Positions 27,722-41,648 of a stretch of 64,000 nt of DNA are shown one piece after another. The position numbers and the translations under genes are program-made. The DNA is from Azolla caroliniana (Eukaryota > Plantae > Polypodiophyta), in NCBI GenBank assembly GCA_043228905.1, contig JBHGNT010000001.1:33480001-33544000 (forward strand), in the 5' to 3' direction. Within the stretch, counting starts at the first letter, position 1; the number at the start of each line of letters is the position of its first letter. The notes beneath the pieces are model-generated. The model made no database searches. It saw only the letters and a program-made list of their open reading frames with translations, and was not told the origin of the DNA.

Positions 27722-29877
27722 GCCTTGAAGGGCTGTACAGCAGAGGCTGAAGGGTGGGCGATGTGATAAGCGCGCTCTCACTCTCTGTCTGTCTGTCTGT
27801 CTGTCTAGGAACTTGCAACATATACGTAGAGCTCCATCTATGGAGAATGAAGGGAACAGGACAGTGGCCAGATATGTTTCTCTCCCTTCCCTCCCTGGCT
27901 CTCTCACTCTGTCTCTGTTTGTCTGCCGGGAGAGAAAAGACAGAGTGTGTGTGTGTGAGAGAGAGAGGTCTGTGATTAAAAGAGCCCAACAAAAAAGCCC
28001 CCCTAAAACCCTCCCCAAACCACATACATACATACATACATACATTACCTGCCTCCAATAACTCTCTCTTCTTCTTTTATCAGAGAAGTGATGAAGTGTT
28101 ATTATGTACATAGACTGACTATAGTAGTAGTAATAGTAGTGCAATAACTAACACGAAGTCTTCTCCTTTCCCCATGAGGAGGACCTCTCCTCACTCGCGA
28201 GTGCCTTCTCCTCCGGACACAAGACAAACTCTCTCTATGTTATGTATATGTATTGTATGCTCATGATCCGAACATCGCTTTCTCTTCTTCGCCTCTGTAC
28301 CTACCCACATGCTTCTTTTATACGCCAAACAATGAAACTCGTTCACATGAAATGGAAGATGAAATCGGCATCTAATATCGTATGCATCAAGGAATGTACC
28401 ACGAGCTTGATACATTCACGACTAACCAAGGTTCCTCTTCAAACAACTTGTGATAGACATCATTGCTATCACCACAAGGATCAACTTTATACCATTGAGT
28501 ATATTGTCTTTCATTGGTTCATCAACCAATGATTCCCAAATAGAGTTTACAAGAATATACAATGTGAATAATGATCACCAAATATGATTATATCCATATT
28601 GTGGTGTTACCACAGTGCATTTCACAAATATGAAACTTAATTTGGGTTGTTTTTGGAGGCCCTAATTTATCTAGGTGGCTCTAAAACTAGCATTTTGCAC
28701 AATTACCTCGCGAAGCTCTTCCATACAATTGCATTAAGAGGTTTGACAAACACATATTGATGATCGAACTACAAATCACTTGCATAGAGGAGATTTGGTG
28801 TTTATGTATAAATGATCAAGTTTTAAATCTCACTCAAGCAGATGATATTTGTATATCGTAGGTATAAAAATATATTATTAGCATCCTTGGAGGTAAAATA
28901 TAACTTATGGAACCAAAGTGAAACATTTTCATGTAGTCTATGTGCAATTGACATATGGAAGAACATTCAATGAACCAAGTTCATCTGTAATATTGAACGT
29001 TCAATAGTGGTCCGAATTCTATGATGTTTTGAGCCAAAGACCAACAAATAGCTAATGAATGAACACTGCCATTAATCAAAATCTAATAATCATAATTTAC
29101 AAAGAGCAATAATCAATAAAATAGCAATAATCTACAAAGAGCATTGATTTGATTAAGAACATGAAGTATTAATAAGAATTTGATCTTAAGACATTTTAAA
29201 ATGCACTTTGAAATGTTTAGAATGATGGGAGGCTTAGTATCCCCCCAATCGTTATCCCAAGTGTGAGTTACATTAGCTATTTCTGTTGTGGATTCACTCT
29301 CCCATCCCATAACGCTCTGTCTAGCTCGTATCTTGCTTTGGTGAGTAGAAATGGAGGATGATATCGTATACTGCTCAGATGAAAGAGAATCATACAATGT
29401 GAAAATTTGATAATGAAGCAGTGCATATGGTAGCTACATCTTTATACATAAATAATGCCTTTCTAAGAAGAGTCGCTTTGAGTGGCTCTTCAACCATCAA
29501 TAGCAAATCATATCTATTTTTAATATTCAGAAGATCAAGGAACAGATGAATACTCCCATGTCTTGACCATGTTTTGAAGACATTGAAAAAACAAATCATA
29601 GCCATGCTCAAATTATATTTAAGCGGGAAATCAAATCAAACAGAATTTGATTAGTTTACGACTTCCACACGAGAATTAGGTTGCTAATTACTTAGGTTTA
29701 GAAGCATAAATTTGATACAAATTAAACAAATGATTAGGGCTGCGTGTTTATTAATTTGATAAGACGCGACATATATAGCTAGCAAGCTTGATCTGTGACA
29801 ATAGGAAAACAAATTGATAATTTCTGTCAGTGTACACACAAGGAACATCAAATTTCTTATTGAAAGGGATGTCAACA

Positions 29878-32800
29878 TCAAATACGGCTTATAATTGTCT
29901 GGAGCTGTAGAAGGTCTGCCATGGCAGTCTCATATACATCTTGATCATTCCATTCATCTCTATATGTGTCAGGTGATGACCTCTTATTATAGCTGCTGTT
30001 CACATATATCTTCCTTCGCCAAATTTCCAATGTTTCACAACCACACTCATTTGCCAACCAATCATCATACTCAAACTGATGTCATCAAACACATCCATCA
30101 GGTAGGATAAAACCAACTCTCATTTAAATAGCTATAACATTATTATCATACCTGATATGAACTAAGATCATGGATTTTACTTTCTGGAAGACCTTTCACT
30201 TTGATACTGTCGTACAAATCATCTACCCATCTTTTCATTTCTTCACTTGATGGCAATGCCAACTTCCCTGATAATGCCATAGCAATCCACTTCGATTGCA
30301 GTTCCATCAGAGGAAAAGGTATAACCTAAAGGAGACAGTAAGCACACTGACATATTAAATACAGATTACTTTGAAAGCATTGTTGACAGATACTACTGCC
30401 ACCCACTTCAAGTTTTCACATATCTAACCACACAATATTGGGATTCTTGCACTACCTGAATCAAGAAACCGAGTCTAAAGAAAATCTTTTCACACGAAAA
30501 AACATTGAGCTACCTTATTGTCTTCGGATAAAGTTTTCATCAACTCAACGATGGTTTAAACATTGTTGGACTTAAACAATTTTTATTGGTAAGAGGCGGT
30601 GAAGAAGAGGTTTAGAAGAGTAAGAAATTTGAACCTCTTTTAATGATTAATAACGTTTATGACAAAGTTGAAGAGGACCAAGAACAAGCATGTTCATGTG
30701 TTTTTCCTTACCAAGGGGAGCCCCAAGAACATTATTGTGGTTTTAGCATGAGTGACGACATATCAAGGAGTTTCCATAAGACTTGAAAAGAAGGAAGAGG
30801 CAGTTTTTGCAAAGACGATGAATGACCTACTCTAGGAAAGGAGAATAAATGATATCTAAGACCTTGACGATATCACACAGAGTGCCAAGCATGAAGAAAC
30901 AATAAACACTATAGAAAAGTAAGTTGTCCATACGAATGTGCGTTGTTTTCCGTTACTTTGAGTTAGAATCTTTTGAAAATCAATTGATATAATTGTCAAG
31001 AATGGCTACAAGGGAAGATTTGCATAAAATAAACATATAGATAGATGGTATCATCATCCTCAAAAGTCAAATATGACTTACGAAACCAAAGTTCTATACA
31101 TGGCGAGTGAATAGAGATCAAAATAGCCTATGAGATACTAGATCTTAAAACGATACGGAAATATAGGTAGTATAACTAGACTCTGTAATGAATGAATAAA
31201 AGGAACTCCCTTTTGATGTAAAACCCAAAATTCAGCTGTAGAGCTAATCAAAGTACTGGCATTTGAAAGATGTCATAGCTCAATAGCTCTTTTCTATTAT
31301 GCTGATTAGAATTTACCTTGACAGCCCTATGCGCGTGTTTTCTTTGCTGAAGAGGGGTTAAACAGCTGGGTGTTGCTGTATGGTTTGGCTCTTCCATTGT
31401 ATCCTCTTCTGTAACTAAAACCCTAACGTAGAGCTTCCAAAGTATTCTCCACTGACCATACTAGCAAAGAGAGTAAATTAGCTACCTTTCGTCTTTCTCA
31501 AATAAATATCCCCTCTCTAAAACTGAATTTCATGTTCTACATCACAAGAGATTGTTCAAATAAGGCAAGTCTTTCTCATGTTGACAAGAATCACCTCTTC
31601 CAAAAACTATCTTAACCCTCTCATTACCTAATCATAGTTAATTTTAAAGTCTTTTTTGATCATGACCCTGTCCGGACGGAACTAAGGGCAATAAGGCTTC
31701 TGATGGCTTATTATATTTTTCCTGATCGTGATAACTTTGTGCATCCAACTTGTGCTAAGATCTTCTGACATCCACCTCAAAAGTGTTTGTCAACCATGCA
31801 GACAACATAACTTGCTTGAATTGGACTTATGAAGGGGTAGTTGCCTTTGTGCATTTTTGAAGATTAGGTGAAGTTTCCCCCATGTTTATGCTGCACCTAA
31901 TTGTTTTATAACAGTCACGGCCTTCAACTCATCTTGCGTAATGCTAAAATTCTCAAACTTCATTGTCAGCACTAACTTTCTCATAATTCTTTGATTTTCC
32001 TAAAGTTATCAAGTGGTAATGAGGTACTTCTAAAATGATGTTCCACCATCATATGGTCCTCTAGCCATATCAGAGTTGTCCACATTTGGTTGATAAAAAC
32101 CTGTTATTCTAAAATGACCTATGGGAGCTTCAATGTTTCCAAACGCCCTTTGCAACCAATATTTTTGTACAAAGGATGAGCTATTCTAATACATTGTAGC
32201 TGCTTTTGTGATCAACACTATTTGTGTGGCCATTGAACAGTAGCATGACGGCGATGGGTGAGAGTTGATTGTGCTAAAGAAGGCCGTGGTCATTATTTGC
32301 TGATGAGGCTTTGTGGCTGTATTGTTCTCCTTCAACATATTCTTTCATTTGTCTCTTGATTTCTAACAATAAAAATCTCATGCATCAACATCTTCGTATT
32401 CCATTACCTTGTGGTAACGGCTAAAGCCTTGTTCAATGAAGCAGTTATACTTCTCCTTTACTCCCTAGAAAACAGTGCAACGGCAAACACAGTGCAACTC
32501 CATATCCCAATGGCACAATTGGCAGATCTGTTTCTCCATAATTTTGCTTGAATATCTACATGTCTCAATATTTAACTGATGTGAAGAAGTTCTGAGCTTC
32601 CGTATCACACTACTCGGCGCATGATAGAGAGAGATATCCATATATAGGGCCTTCTCAGAAGTGAAACCAAGGACCAAATCCATCGTAGACTCGTTACATG
32701 GTGATTGAGTTCTGATATTTCTATAGCATTGGAGTCCTTAAAGTGAAATCGAGTTCAAATAGACAATTATTCTATGATATGATATACAAATATTCAAATT

Positions 32801-35800
32801 CTGGTTGCATCTACACCCTTATTGAAACAACCTTCTAGAAGAGCTGCTACCTTTAGTATCTCATACTTCATCACCGTAACTCATTCCATACTTCCAAAAG
32901 GAAAGATTATTATTTTATTATTTTATTATGTTTCTTCGCTAGAGATTCACCAACCAACAATCAATCCTATCCCACATTGAGGAAGGTTTCGGGGATTCAA
33001 ATTCATGGTTGAATAGAATCTGCTTAAGCAAGGCAGTCATCTAGACTCCTTCGCTTGATCCTAGAGGAGAACAATGAGAAAAAAATAAAGAATTTTTTAG
33101 TTTTTATCTCTACATACCTTAAATGGAATCCCAACAAAGGAAAGGAATGGTGCCAACAAAGGCGGATAAACATGCTGATATAGTGGCCCAATGTGATCAT
33201 CATCTACATTCACTATGCCTTCTAAATGCAAAAAAGGCAAAGAATAACCATACCTACAAGGAAAACACAACATTTGGCGTATCGACAAGAATATCTCCCA
33301 GCATATTTTAGTTTTTGACTCATTATCGAAATTGGGGAAGACATGGAGAAAATGAAATATATTATTACCCTGTACAATATAAAATTGCATCTGCAAGAAT
33401 TGATGTACCATCTTCAAAACCAAGGTGCCCATCCTCTTGAGCTGAAATTACCTGCAAAATGTGCCACACATAAACTAAAAACATGAATATGACATTAGCA
33501 ATAACAAAAAATGATTAGTAAAATAATCATTGGCATTAAAATGTCTCATTTGAGAGGGTCTAAACACCTTTCATTTTCATTATTCTTTCTAATAATTTCT
33601 TCTCAAGTCATTATAATTGGCACGTTATTGTCTTATTGTAAAATATCCATACATAGCATTCACGTCACAAACTCACATCTGCTGTCTAACCCTGTTATAT
33701 ATAGCCAAGAGAATGACTGGGTGTGGAAAAACAGTAGTGACTATATATATCTGTATATCTCTAACTGAACCCATAAATTTTGAAACCTTCTTTTATATAC
33801 ACTGTCTAACCCTGTAGTATATAGCCAAGAGAAAGATTGGCAGTGAAAAAAAACAGATAATGATCATATATATCTGCATATCTCTAACTGAACCATAGTT
33901 TTTGATTTTGTAATTTATCTACGATCGCCCGAAATTCCTCAACTAGTATACTACTAACCATTATTGTACAAGCACTACCTGTGTATCTCTAACTAAACCT
34001 ATAATGTTTTATACCTTAATTTTTCTATGATCACCTGAAATTCCTCTACTAATATACTAACCAGTATTGTGCAAGCACTATATATCTTACTCTCCACCCA
34101 GCTAATTCTAATCTCATGATCTTTCTCCTCTAATCCTAGTGTTGCCAAACCTGGATAACTCGGGTGGTATTCGCTAACAAACACCTTGGCAATCCTACTT
34201 TGGATTCCAAAGAAAGAAAGAAAGAAGTATTTTCTACAAAAGGCCCACGTTATCTATGATACCAAAGCATTAGTAAAAATGTATGAAACTGACATAACTG
34301 TATCTCATAAAAAATGATAGAGACAATAAATTAATTAAAATCTAGAAACTACGTGTGTCTCAATATTATATCCCTCAGATATTCTAATCGAGAAGGTTCC
34401 TGAGGCTGTGTCTGTTTTGCATGACAGTGCTGTAGCGCTTTCCAGAGCAACTGCCCTAGGGTGTGCTCTATTGTGTTTTAAGCTCTTGGGTAACTCCTTC
34501 CAAAGAAGCAATATATTTAACTTGTTCATGGAACAATAGCTCTAGACGGTCTTATTTCCCTAAGGGTTTTTCTATAGATGATATGATACTTATAGAATGT
34601 TACGACCCCCCACATGGTTTAACATATTCCAAAATGACAGAATTTGGAATATGTATGACCAATTTTATCAATTCCAATTGACTTTCTAAAGGATATAGTT
34701 TACATACCATTGGATGCAAATTTATGTTATTTGAAGCACCAACGCGTTTCTGAAGATCAACATTTGCTGGCCATGTTCTTGCCGCCCAATGAACTTCCTT
34801 AGCAACTAGAGCTAGTTCCCTAGAGATGTCCATCCCACTTGATGAATTTCCAATGACCACAACCACCTAGAAAAGCAAATAGTGAATGTACATATACAAT
34901 AAGATACTGACCAGAAGAATTATTAGTTTATCTAGCAAAGTGGTGTTAACCTCAAGCCCTTATTAATAAAGTTAGGGAGCAGCGTCTGGTATATCATACA
35001 CTCAATTATAAACCAAAAACTATAAATAGAATTCAAGCCTCTGACAAGTCTCCTTGACTATTACACAAAAGAAGCAGAGTCATTTGAAATGTTGCATCTT
35101 GAGAGAAGACAAAAGCAAGTGGAAGCCCATCCGTCAGCATACATATTTAGTAATAGGGAATGATTGGGTTCTGCTCATACTTGTTTGGAGCTGTAGAATT
35201 CATTTGGTGAGACCATCCCAACTTGGGCTTGTCTTTCAGCAGATGTGTCACAACAGCAACGACGTCATCCTCATTTATTTTCGCATCTAGAATTGTTGCT
35301 ATATCTGAGAAGACTTGATCCTTGACCTAATCATAAAATACACCATCAGAACTAGCAACCCTCTCAGAAGTCTGCAAGTGTATCCCAACTACTAGTCTCT
35401 CCACAAATGCACAATATCTTGCAGATTAATGACCCTTTTATCAGAGTAACTTTCTAGCCTTATTGCATTATCCATCACAAAGGAGACATGCAGATTATGA
35501 TAATACTTATGTCTCTGGCTATTGTTGTCCGACATTCCTCCTTGCACAGTGCAACCTTAGCCTGTTGATAAGATTTCCACTGATAATATTTACACTGAAC
35601 CCGTGTAGAAACACAAACACCAAGACACAATCATGTGGACAATCAGCTACAAGAGAAAGCATCTATGCCAAAGGATCTCAAATCTTCCAATCAATATGAA
35701 AAAACATCACGACTTTTGAGTTAAATGTGTTTCAGATTAGCATTTTCTATGACATGCAAAATTTTCAATAAATACTTTCTCTTGCCTTAGTTTTCATCTT

Positions 35801-38520
35801 TCAGTATGATACCATATTCTCTGCATAATATTAGCTCTATGACATTGTTCATGTCTATGTGTGTGAAATTATTCATAGAATATTTCCAAGACATCTGCAA
35901 TATTCTTTCAAGCACTTTCTTCCAGCTATGTATAGGTTGGGATATCCTCACCCAAGGATTGCATGAAGTAACTTTAACGAAGTTCCACTGGCCATATGCC
36001 TAAAGCAAATTCTTCATTTCCATCAACTTGACATGTCATGTGCAATCTGCCATCTGTAGTTCTCTTTTTCAATGGAATCCCCTTTTAAAAAACCAGAACA
36101 TTGTATGGTAAGTAAATGATATCCTCTTGTTTTTACTCCGAAAGTTTTTGTAAATGAAACCATATAAAAAAAAATCTTGGTTCAGATTTTTCCATTCTAG
36201 ACTCTGCAAGATCGTGTGCAGAAGAGCAGTGTATCTCTTTCCTTCCATTTTCAGTTCAGTCAGCATGAACCTTCTTGCTGACTTGATGCTTTCTCATTTT
36301 TTTAATCTGTCATAGGGTTCATTGATGCAATTTCTGTCGTTCCCTTTTTTTTTTAACTGTCATTGTCTGACACTCTATTAATTAGGTTAATAAACTTACT
36401 AAATCTTGAAACTCTCATGTAATTAGTCAGCATTAAAGTCCTGAGATACGAACCATATTTATCCTGTTACTAACCTGATCACTGAAAGAATCTGGCACAC
36501 GGTAGCTGTGGCTATGTGATTGTTTACCAGGCCATTTCTCAATCCCTGCACTCCAAAAAACTTTCTTTAAGGCACACAGTTATTCAATTAATTTGTCAAG
36601 CTGCTACCAAATCCTTTGAATATTAAAGAGTGGCATTAATAATCCAGGTTGAGCCCCCTCAAGCAGTGACCCCATCTCCCTACCACACGATTAGACACAA
36701 GGGAAAAGAGCTCTTATGAAGGGAAAAGACAAAGAAAACGAGTAAAGGAACCTGAAAAGACTTTGCTACTTTTGCAATCACATCATCAGACCCAAGATGA
36801 ATCCCCATCGAAGAGATATTAATCAAGAGGTGGCAAACACAATCGAAGAGATCGGGGCTGAAGTGGTGTGCCCACATGTCTTAGAAAACCAAAAGAATGT
36901 TTGCTGGAGTTGGAGAAAAGTATTTATGACAAAGATATATACCCACTATCTACTATGAGGACAATGCCAACTGCTCAGGATTTTCCTTCCAGTTTCAATA
37001 CAATTTCTTTAGGTTGCACAATTTCAAGATTGTCTCTAAAAAAATTACATCCTTTCTCTTTTAATACAAGGTATCAAGTACATAGGACTAAAGTGAGCGC
37101 ATTACGACAGAAACACCTACATAAAAATGGTTGAGATCAGAGAAATTCGACCACAACCATTTATATGTACGTGCTCCGGTCGATATATATATTTCACCAG
37201 GAGAGTGCTAATTGAGAGCCTACTGAGTTCACGTTCAATGGCTAACGTAAACGCAATCAATGTTCTACATATGTCTTCATAATTCTACTCCCTCGAAGGA
37301 TAAAATTTCCTGTTTTACATACCTTCGTTTAGCCACCACAATAAACCATTAATCCATGTCAACAACAAACTAGTCATCATTGGTACATGTGAGTACTGTA
37401 CATGGATACATGTGTGGCATGAAATACATAATATGCAAGTTCAACTGTTTGTTATCTGTAAACAATGCAGAATATTGAGTCACGTACACGAGGTCTCATA
37501 AATTTCTACATATGCAATACATGCTCAATAAACAACTTTCAATGGTTATTAATAAACTACTAATAAATTTCTTAACACCATTATATAATCAACCTGCTCT
37601 ACAGAAATGTATCATTTAATCATGGATGTGTCCATGATTTCTCAACATCAGGCTTTAAAAACAGCTTCAAATACTCAACTTACAAGAATGTGTCTAACAC
37701 CATAAACATAAGTATCTTGATCTAGAGAAATATTTTCATTGAATCAAGCAATATGTGCGGAAGTACCTGGGATTGAAGCGAATTTGGGTTGGAAATAATG
37801 GCCATTGCAGACAACAACAGCATCAAAGACATCGGCTGTGACATCTGAATGATTGTTCACAGCCTCTGATTCCACACACCATTGAATTCCACTTCGTTTA
37901 GCTGTCGACGGTTCGAGCTGGAGCTGTGAATTGAGAATAGAAAGGAGATCAGAGGTATTGGCAGAAGAAGTTACACCAGAGGTCCCGTCGATATGTTTTA
38001 TGTGAACATGAGTCACTCTCCTTCCGAATTGGATGAAGCGGAAAAGGTCGAAATGGTGCGCAAAGTCTTGAAGGTAAGAGAGGACCTCGCGGTGATGAGG
38101 GTAGCGACGGGGATCTCTACTCTTTAGGAAGGGGTTTTTTTTCTCCTCATCATCGACGGTGGTGGTGGTGGTATTGGTATTGTGATGGGAGGGCAAGAAG
38201 GGGAAATCGAGGAATCCCATGATCTCGCGAGGGAGATTGGTCCGAAGGGAGAGGTACATGCTGGAATGATGATGTTGACTAGGTGTGGAGGAGTCGCTAT
38301 AGCACCAGGTGCCGCCGATACTGTCGATGCTCTGTTCATAGATGACAACAGAGTGGCCTTGGCGGAGGAGCTCCCTAGCCGCAACGAGACCAGCGGCTCC
38401 CGCACCGATCACACCCACCGAACACCGGCGCCATAGCCCAGTGGGGAGAGGAGGAGATGTGGTGGTGGAAAGGGGGAGGATGAGAGGAGGATTGGCGCTG
38501 CTGCAGTGTGCCGCCGCCAT
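29878..38520 (-). CDS. Flavin-containing monooxygenase, FMO GS-OX-like. Exons 38520-37767, 36545-36475, 34866-34708, 33451-33369, 33253-33118, 30325-30152, 30075-29878
   Basis: FAD motif VIGAGAAG, HSSMYLSLRTNLPRE, DAVVVCNGHY, FMO signature WPGKQSHSHSY, NADPH motif VIGNSSSG, YCTGY, C-terminal PDTYRDEWND; phases consistent. Confidence 0.93.
32465..32640 (-). mobile_element. Decayed non-LTR retrotransposon (LINE) ORF2 C-terminal fragment in an FMO intron
   Basis: IRKLRTSSHQLNIETCRY...ICQLC...HCVCRC resembles the R.SSH.L.IE.GR...C..C...H....C tail of RTE-X/CR1-group LINE ORF2. Confidence 0.55.
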
Positions 38521-38632
38521 TTTGGCGGTGGGGGTGATGGCTAAAATTAGACGTAGTGTTGGAGGAGGAGGAGGGGGAGAACCATGTAGAATTGCTGCTC
38601 AATTTGGCACCACATCTCAGAATCTATCTATG

Positions 38633-38702
38633 CATACATACATACATAGTTTATAGACATACATACATAAATTGTTTATATACATACATACATACATACA
38701 TA
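38633..38702. repeat. (CATA)n-GTTTATAGA minisatellite, left half of the MULE target locus
   Basis: catacatacatacatagtttatagacatacatac...; continues at 52988-53072 beyond the element. Confidence 0.85.
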
Positions 38703-38719
38703 ATAGACACGTCGCATAG

Positions 38720-38877
38720 GCTCGTGTCTATTCTGCATCAAATCATAAAGAGGGCTGGTGAGGGAATCGCGGCCACAGACGGTGTAGGTCGCTTAGAGGA
38801 ACGCGCGTGCGATCTGCACCGTCAGATTTTGATAAGGAAGAACGCGCGAAAAAAAAAGTTGTCAGAGGTCGCCCAAC
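38720..38877 (+). repeat. MULE left terminal inverted repeat (~158 bp); subterminal GGTCGCCCAAC repeats continue to ~39058
   Basis: cgtgtctatt.tg...caaatcataaagagggctggtgagggaatcgcggccacagacggtg...gataaggaagaacgcgcg(a)ngttgtcagaggtcgcccaac is the reverse complement of 52830-52984. Confidence 0.92.
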
Positions 38878-39432
38878 TCTGAGTCGATGGTCGCCCAACC
38901 CTGTCAGAGGTCGCCCAACTCTGAGTCGTTGGTCGCCCAACTCTGACTGTTACAATTCTGACTGTTGCAAGTCGCCCAACCGTTTTAGGTCACCCAACCC
39001 TGACATTTGCAGGTTGCCCAACCGATTGGTCGCCCAACCGTTGCAGGTCGCCCAACCAAATGTATCATTTCAACCAAAATCTTCAAATAAGCTTGTTCAT
39101 TACCCTTAAAACTTACAATAACATATCAAACAGTCATAAAATCCAACCTTAAATTATTCAAAATCGACGATCTTTACCATACTTATGTTAAAACAAATAA
39201 TCATATTAAAACATAAAAGTTAAAAGTTAAAAAACATAAAACTTAAAACAGAGAACGTAAATCCACTTTAAACACCGTAAACCCAAATCAAAGGATGACA
39301 TACTTGAATAAGGAAACTTAAAACATAAATCAACATATGACATACTCCCAAATGCACTCATAAATCAACATAAATCCACTTGAAACATTGTAAACCCAAA
39401 TGCACTGGTCCGCAAAACCACCCAAGCTATGT

Positions 39433-41643
39433 TTATGGCTCATCCAAAGATGATGGCAAGATGCGACCACAATTCTTGCAACAATCAACATTTGAGTCCC
39501 TTGATCTAAAGGTCAAGGCATCGCAATGCAAGCATCGCATCTTCTCTGTTGCACATATTGGCAACCGCCTCCTAGCTCGACTTGTGCCTCTTTGCATTTT
39601 TCCTCTGTGTGCCTTGCAAGTGTTTGGGGAGCTGCCAATAAGATCTTGTGAAATGTTGATTGATGCTCCCCCTTTTGCACCAATTGCTTGCCTACGCCCT
39701 ATGGATCCACGGTCTTCTTCATTGGTTGGTTTCGGTGCACCTAGGTGATACACCAGCGTCTGACCTATTTCTTCAATGGACTCCATACATGCCAAAATTG
39801 TTGCACGGTCGAGGGATCGTAACCCTTGCCTAAGACATTGAATAGCCCCCTCAACCGTTTGTATTTTCGACTCCCATTCCTCCATTTGTGCTGTTATAGG
39901 GTTTGTCTCCTCGACTGGTTCTACTTCTGTCTCCACTTCCGTCTCTGTGAAATGGTCATTGCGCATATGGGTTGCATGATCTATAAAAGGCAATGACCCA
40001 CATAGATGTGGCATGTGCCTCTCAATAATCATCCTGATGCCGAGTATATGCTTACATTTACTCGTAGGGTCTTGGCAATCACAATATGAACATTGGAGCG
40101 ATACATTATACCATACATTTGGTTTTGTCAAGTTCAATATTTTAAACCAATATCGGGGCTCGTCCACAATATGCATTGTCGCATCATTAGTTTCATACCT
40201 CTCTAGTAGCCTTTCGGCCTCTTTAAGTCTTGTTGTTTGATCCCTACAATTTGCACGTGGTGCAAATCTACCACTCTCACATATTTCTTGTCGTTGCTTG
40301 TACCATTCAATAACAGTACCCCCGATGCAAGTGCCAGTTTGACTGTCCCCGATTAAAACATGCACAAGATCGGTAATTGATCGGTTTATCCTCCCTCTTA
40401 AGGCAGTATATTTGATAAACTGCCAATGTCTCTCCACAAGATTGGTAGTGTCAACATGTCCGTAGTTGAACATTCTACCAAATTTGGGCCACAGTTTCCT
40501 CCACACACATGTCAAGCCACACCATCCTCCTTCTATATATTGCCAAACACCTGGCTTGTTTGCATATTCTACCTTTAACTCCTCACATTGGGCATTGAAT
40601 GTGGATTCCGTAATGCATTGCATGAGTTGGCACATCCGATTATAAAGATGGTTTCTCTCAGTTACACTTACCTTTGGCAACAAATTGTCCAACCATGCTT
40701 TTTTTGCGTGGAAGTGACACAACAAAAGTCGACAATGTGTTTGCGACCTTTGCCCATTTGTAACTATCCAAGATAATCGGTCTGTTGCAATCACATTACT
40801 TATGGCATTATATGATGTCCAACTTTTATCGATGACTATGGCATTTGGCCTCACATTGGGCATCCGTGCAAATATGACTCTCAAGCAAGTTTCTAAAGCT
40901 ACTTGCTCATGGTTAGACCCCTTATCAGAACTACATATCATGTACCATAATGGGATACCAACTCCCATGGCATTTGGGGCCACAGCTGCATATAATGGCA
41001 AGCCAAATTGGTTTGTTTTAAACGTGGAATCGATTGCCCAAGAGTTGTTTATTGACAATCGCTCACACATCTCTAACATCCATTCATCTTGGAGCACCAA
41101 GATGAACGGTTGCCTTGCGGGAGATCCATATTCACCAGGCAAGTAGGGTTGGACATGAGCCACCTTCCCAAGATCTCGGAGGGCATAGGCATCTTGCATC
41201 ATCAAAGACCAATCAACCGCTGACATGGCACTCCCAATTTTTAACTTGTTGGCCATGTTATTGACCTCCTTTGGTATCATAAAGAACCTATAACTCACAA
41301 GGTCTAATGGACTAGCCTTGGACTTATGATATGCTTCCTTACGCATGCTCATTTGTGCCACATGTCGTGCGCAACCAACATCAAAAAGGTCATCTCTACA
41401 ACAACTTATAACATTTGGGGCCACTGGCAAATAGTACGCATCTGGTCTACTTCCCGGTACATGACCCGTATGAGGTCCATATATTGAAACGGTCACTGTC
41501 CCATGGTCAACCCCGCCATTCATTCGAGCGTTCACATGAAAAGTACACCCACATCGAGATGAATGCTTTCTACGTCGAGTGCATGGATATTGCTTGTTGG
41601 CCACACCGCATCGGTGACAATTATACCTAGTCACATGTGCACC
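39433..41643 (-). pseudogene. MULE transposase, C-terminal 736 aa (gene interrupted by copia)
   Basis: WRKY/GCM1-like finger YNCHRCG...CGCTFHV...HTGH; MULE DDE core DSTFKTN / IVIDKS / LLCHFH / TTNLVERHW; SWIM CDC..PTSKCKH; terminal CLHC...CKNC. Confidence 0.93.
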
Positions 41644-41648
41644 CCTTG

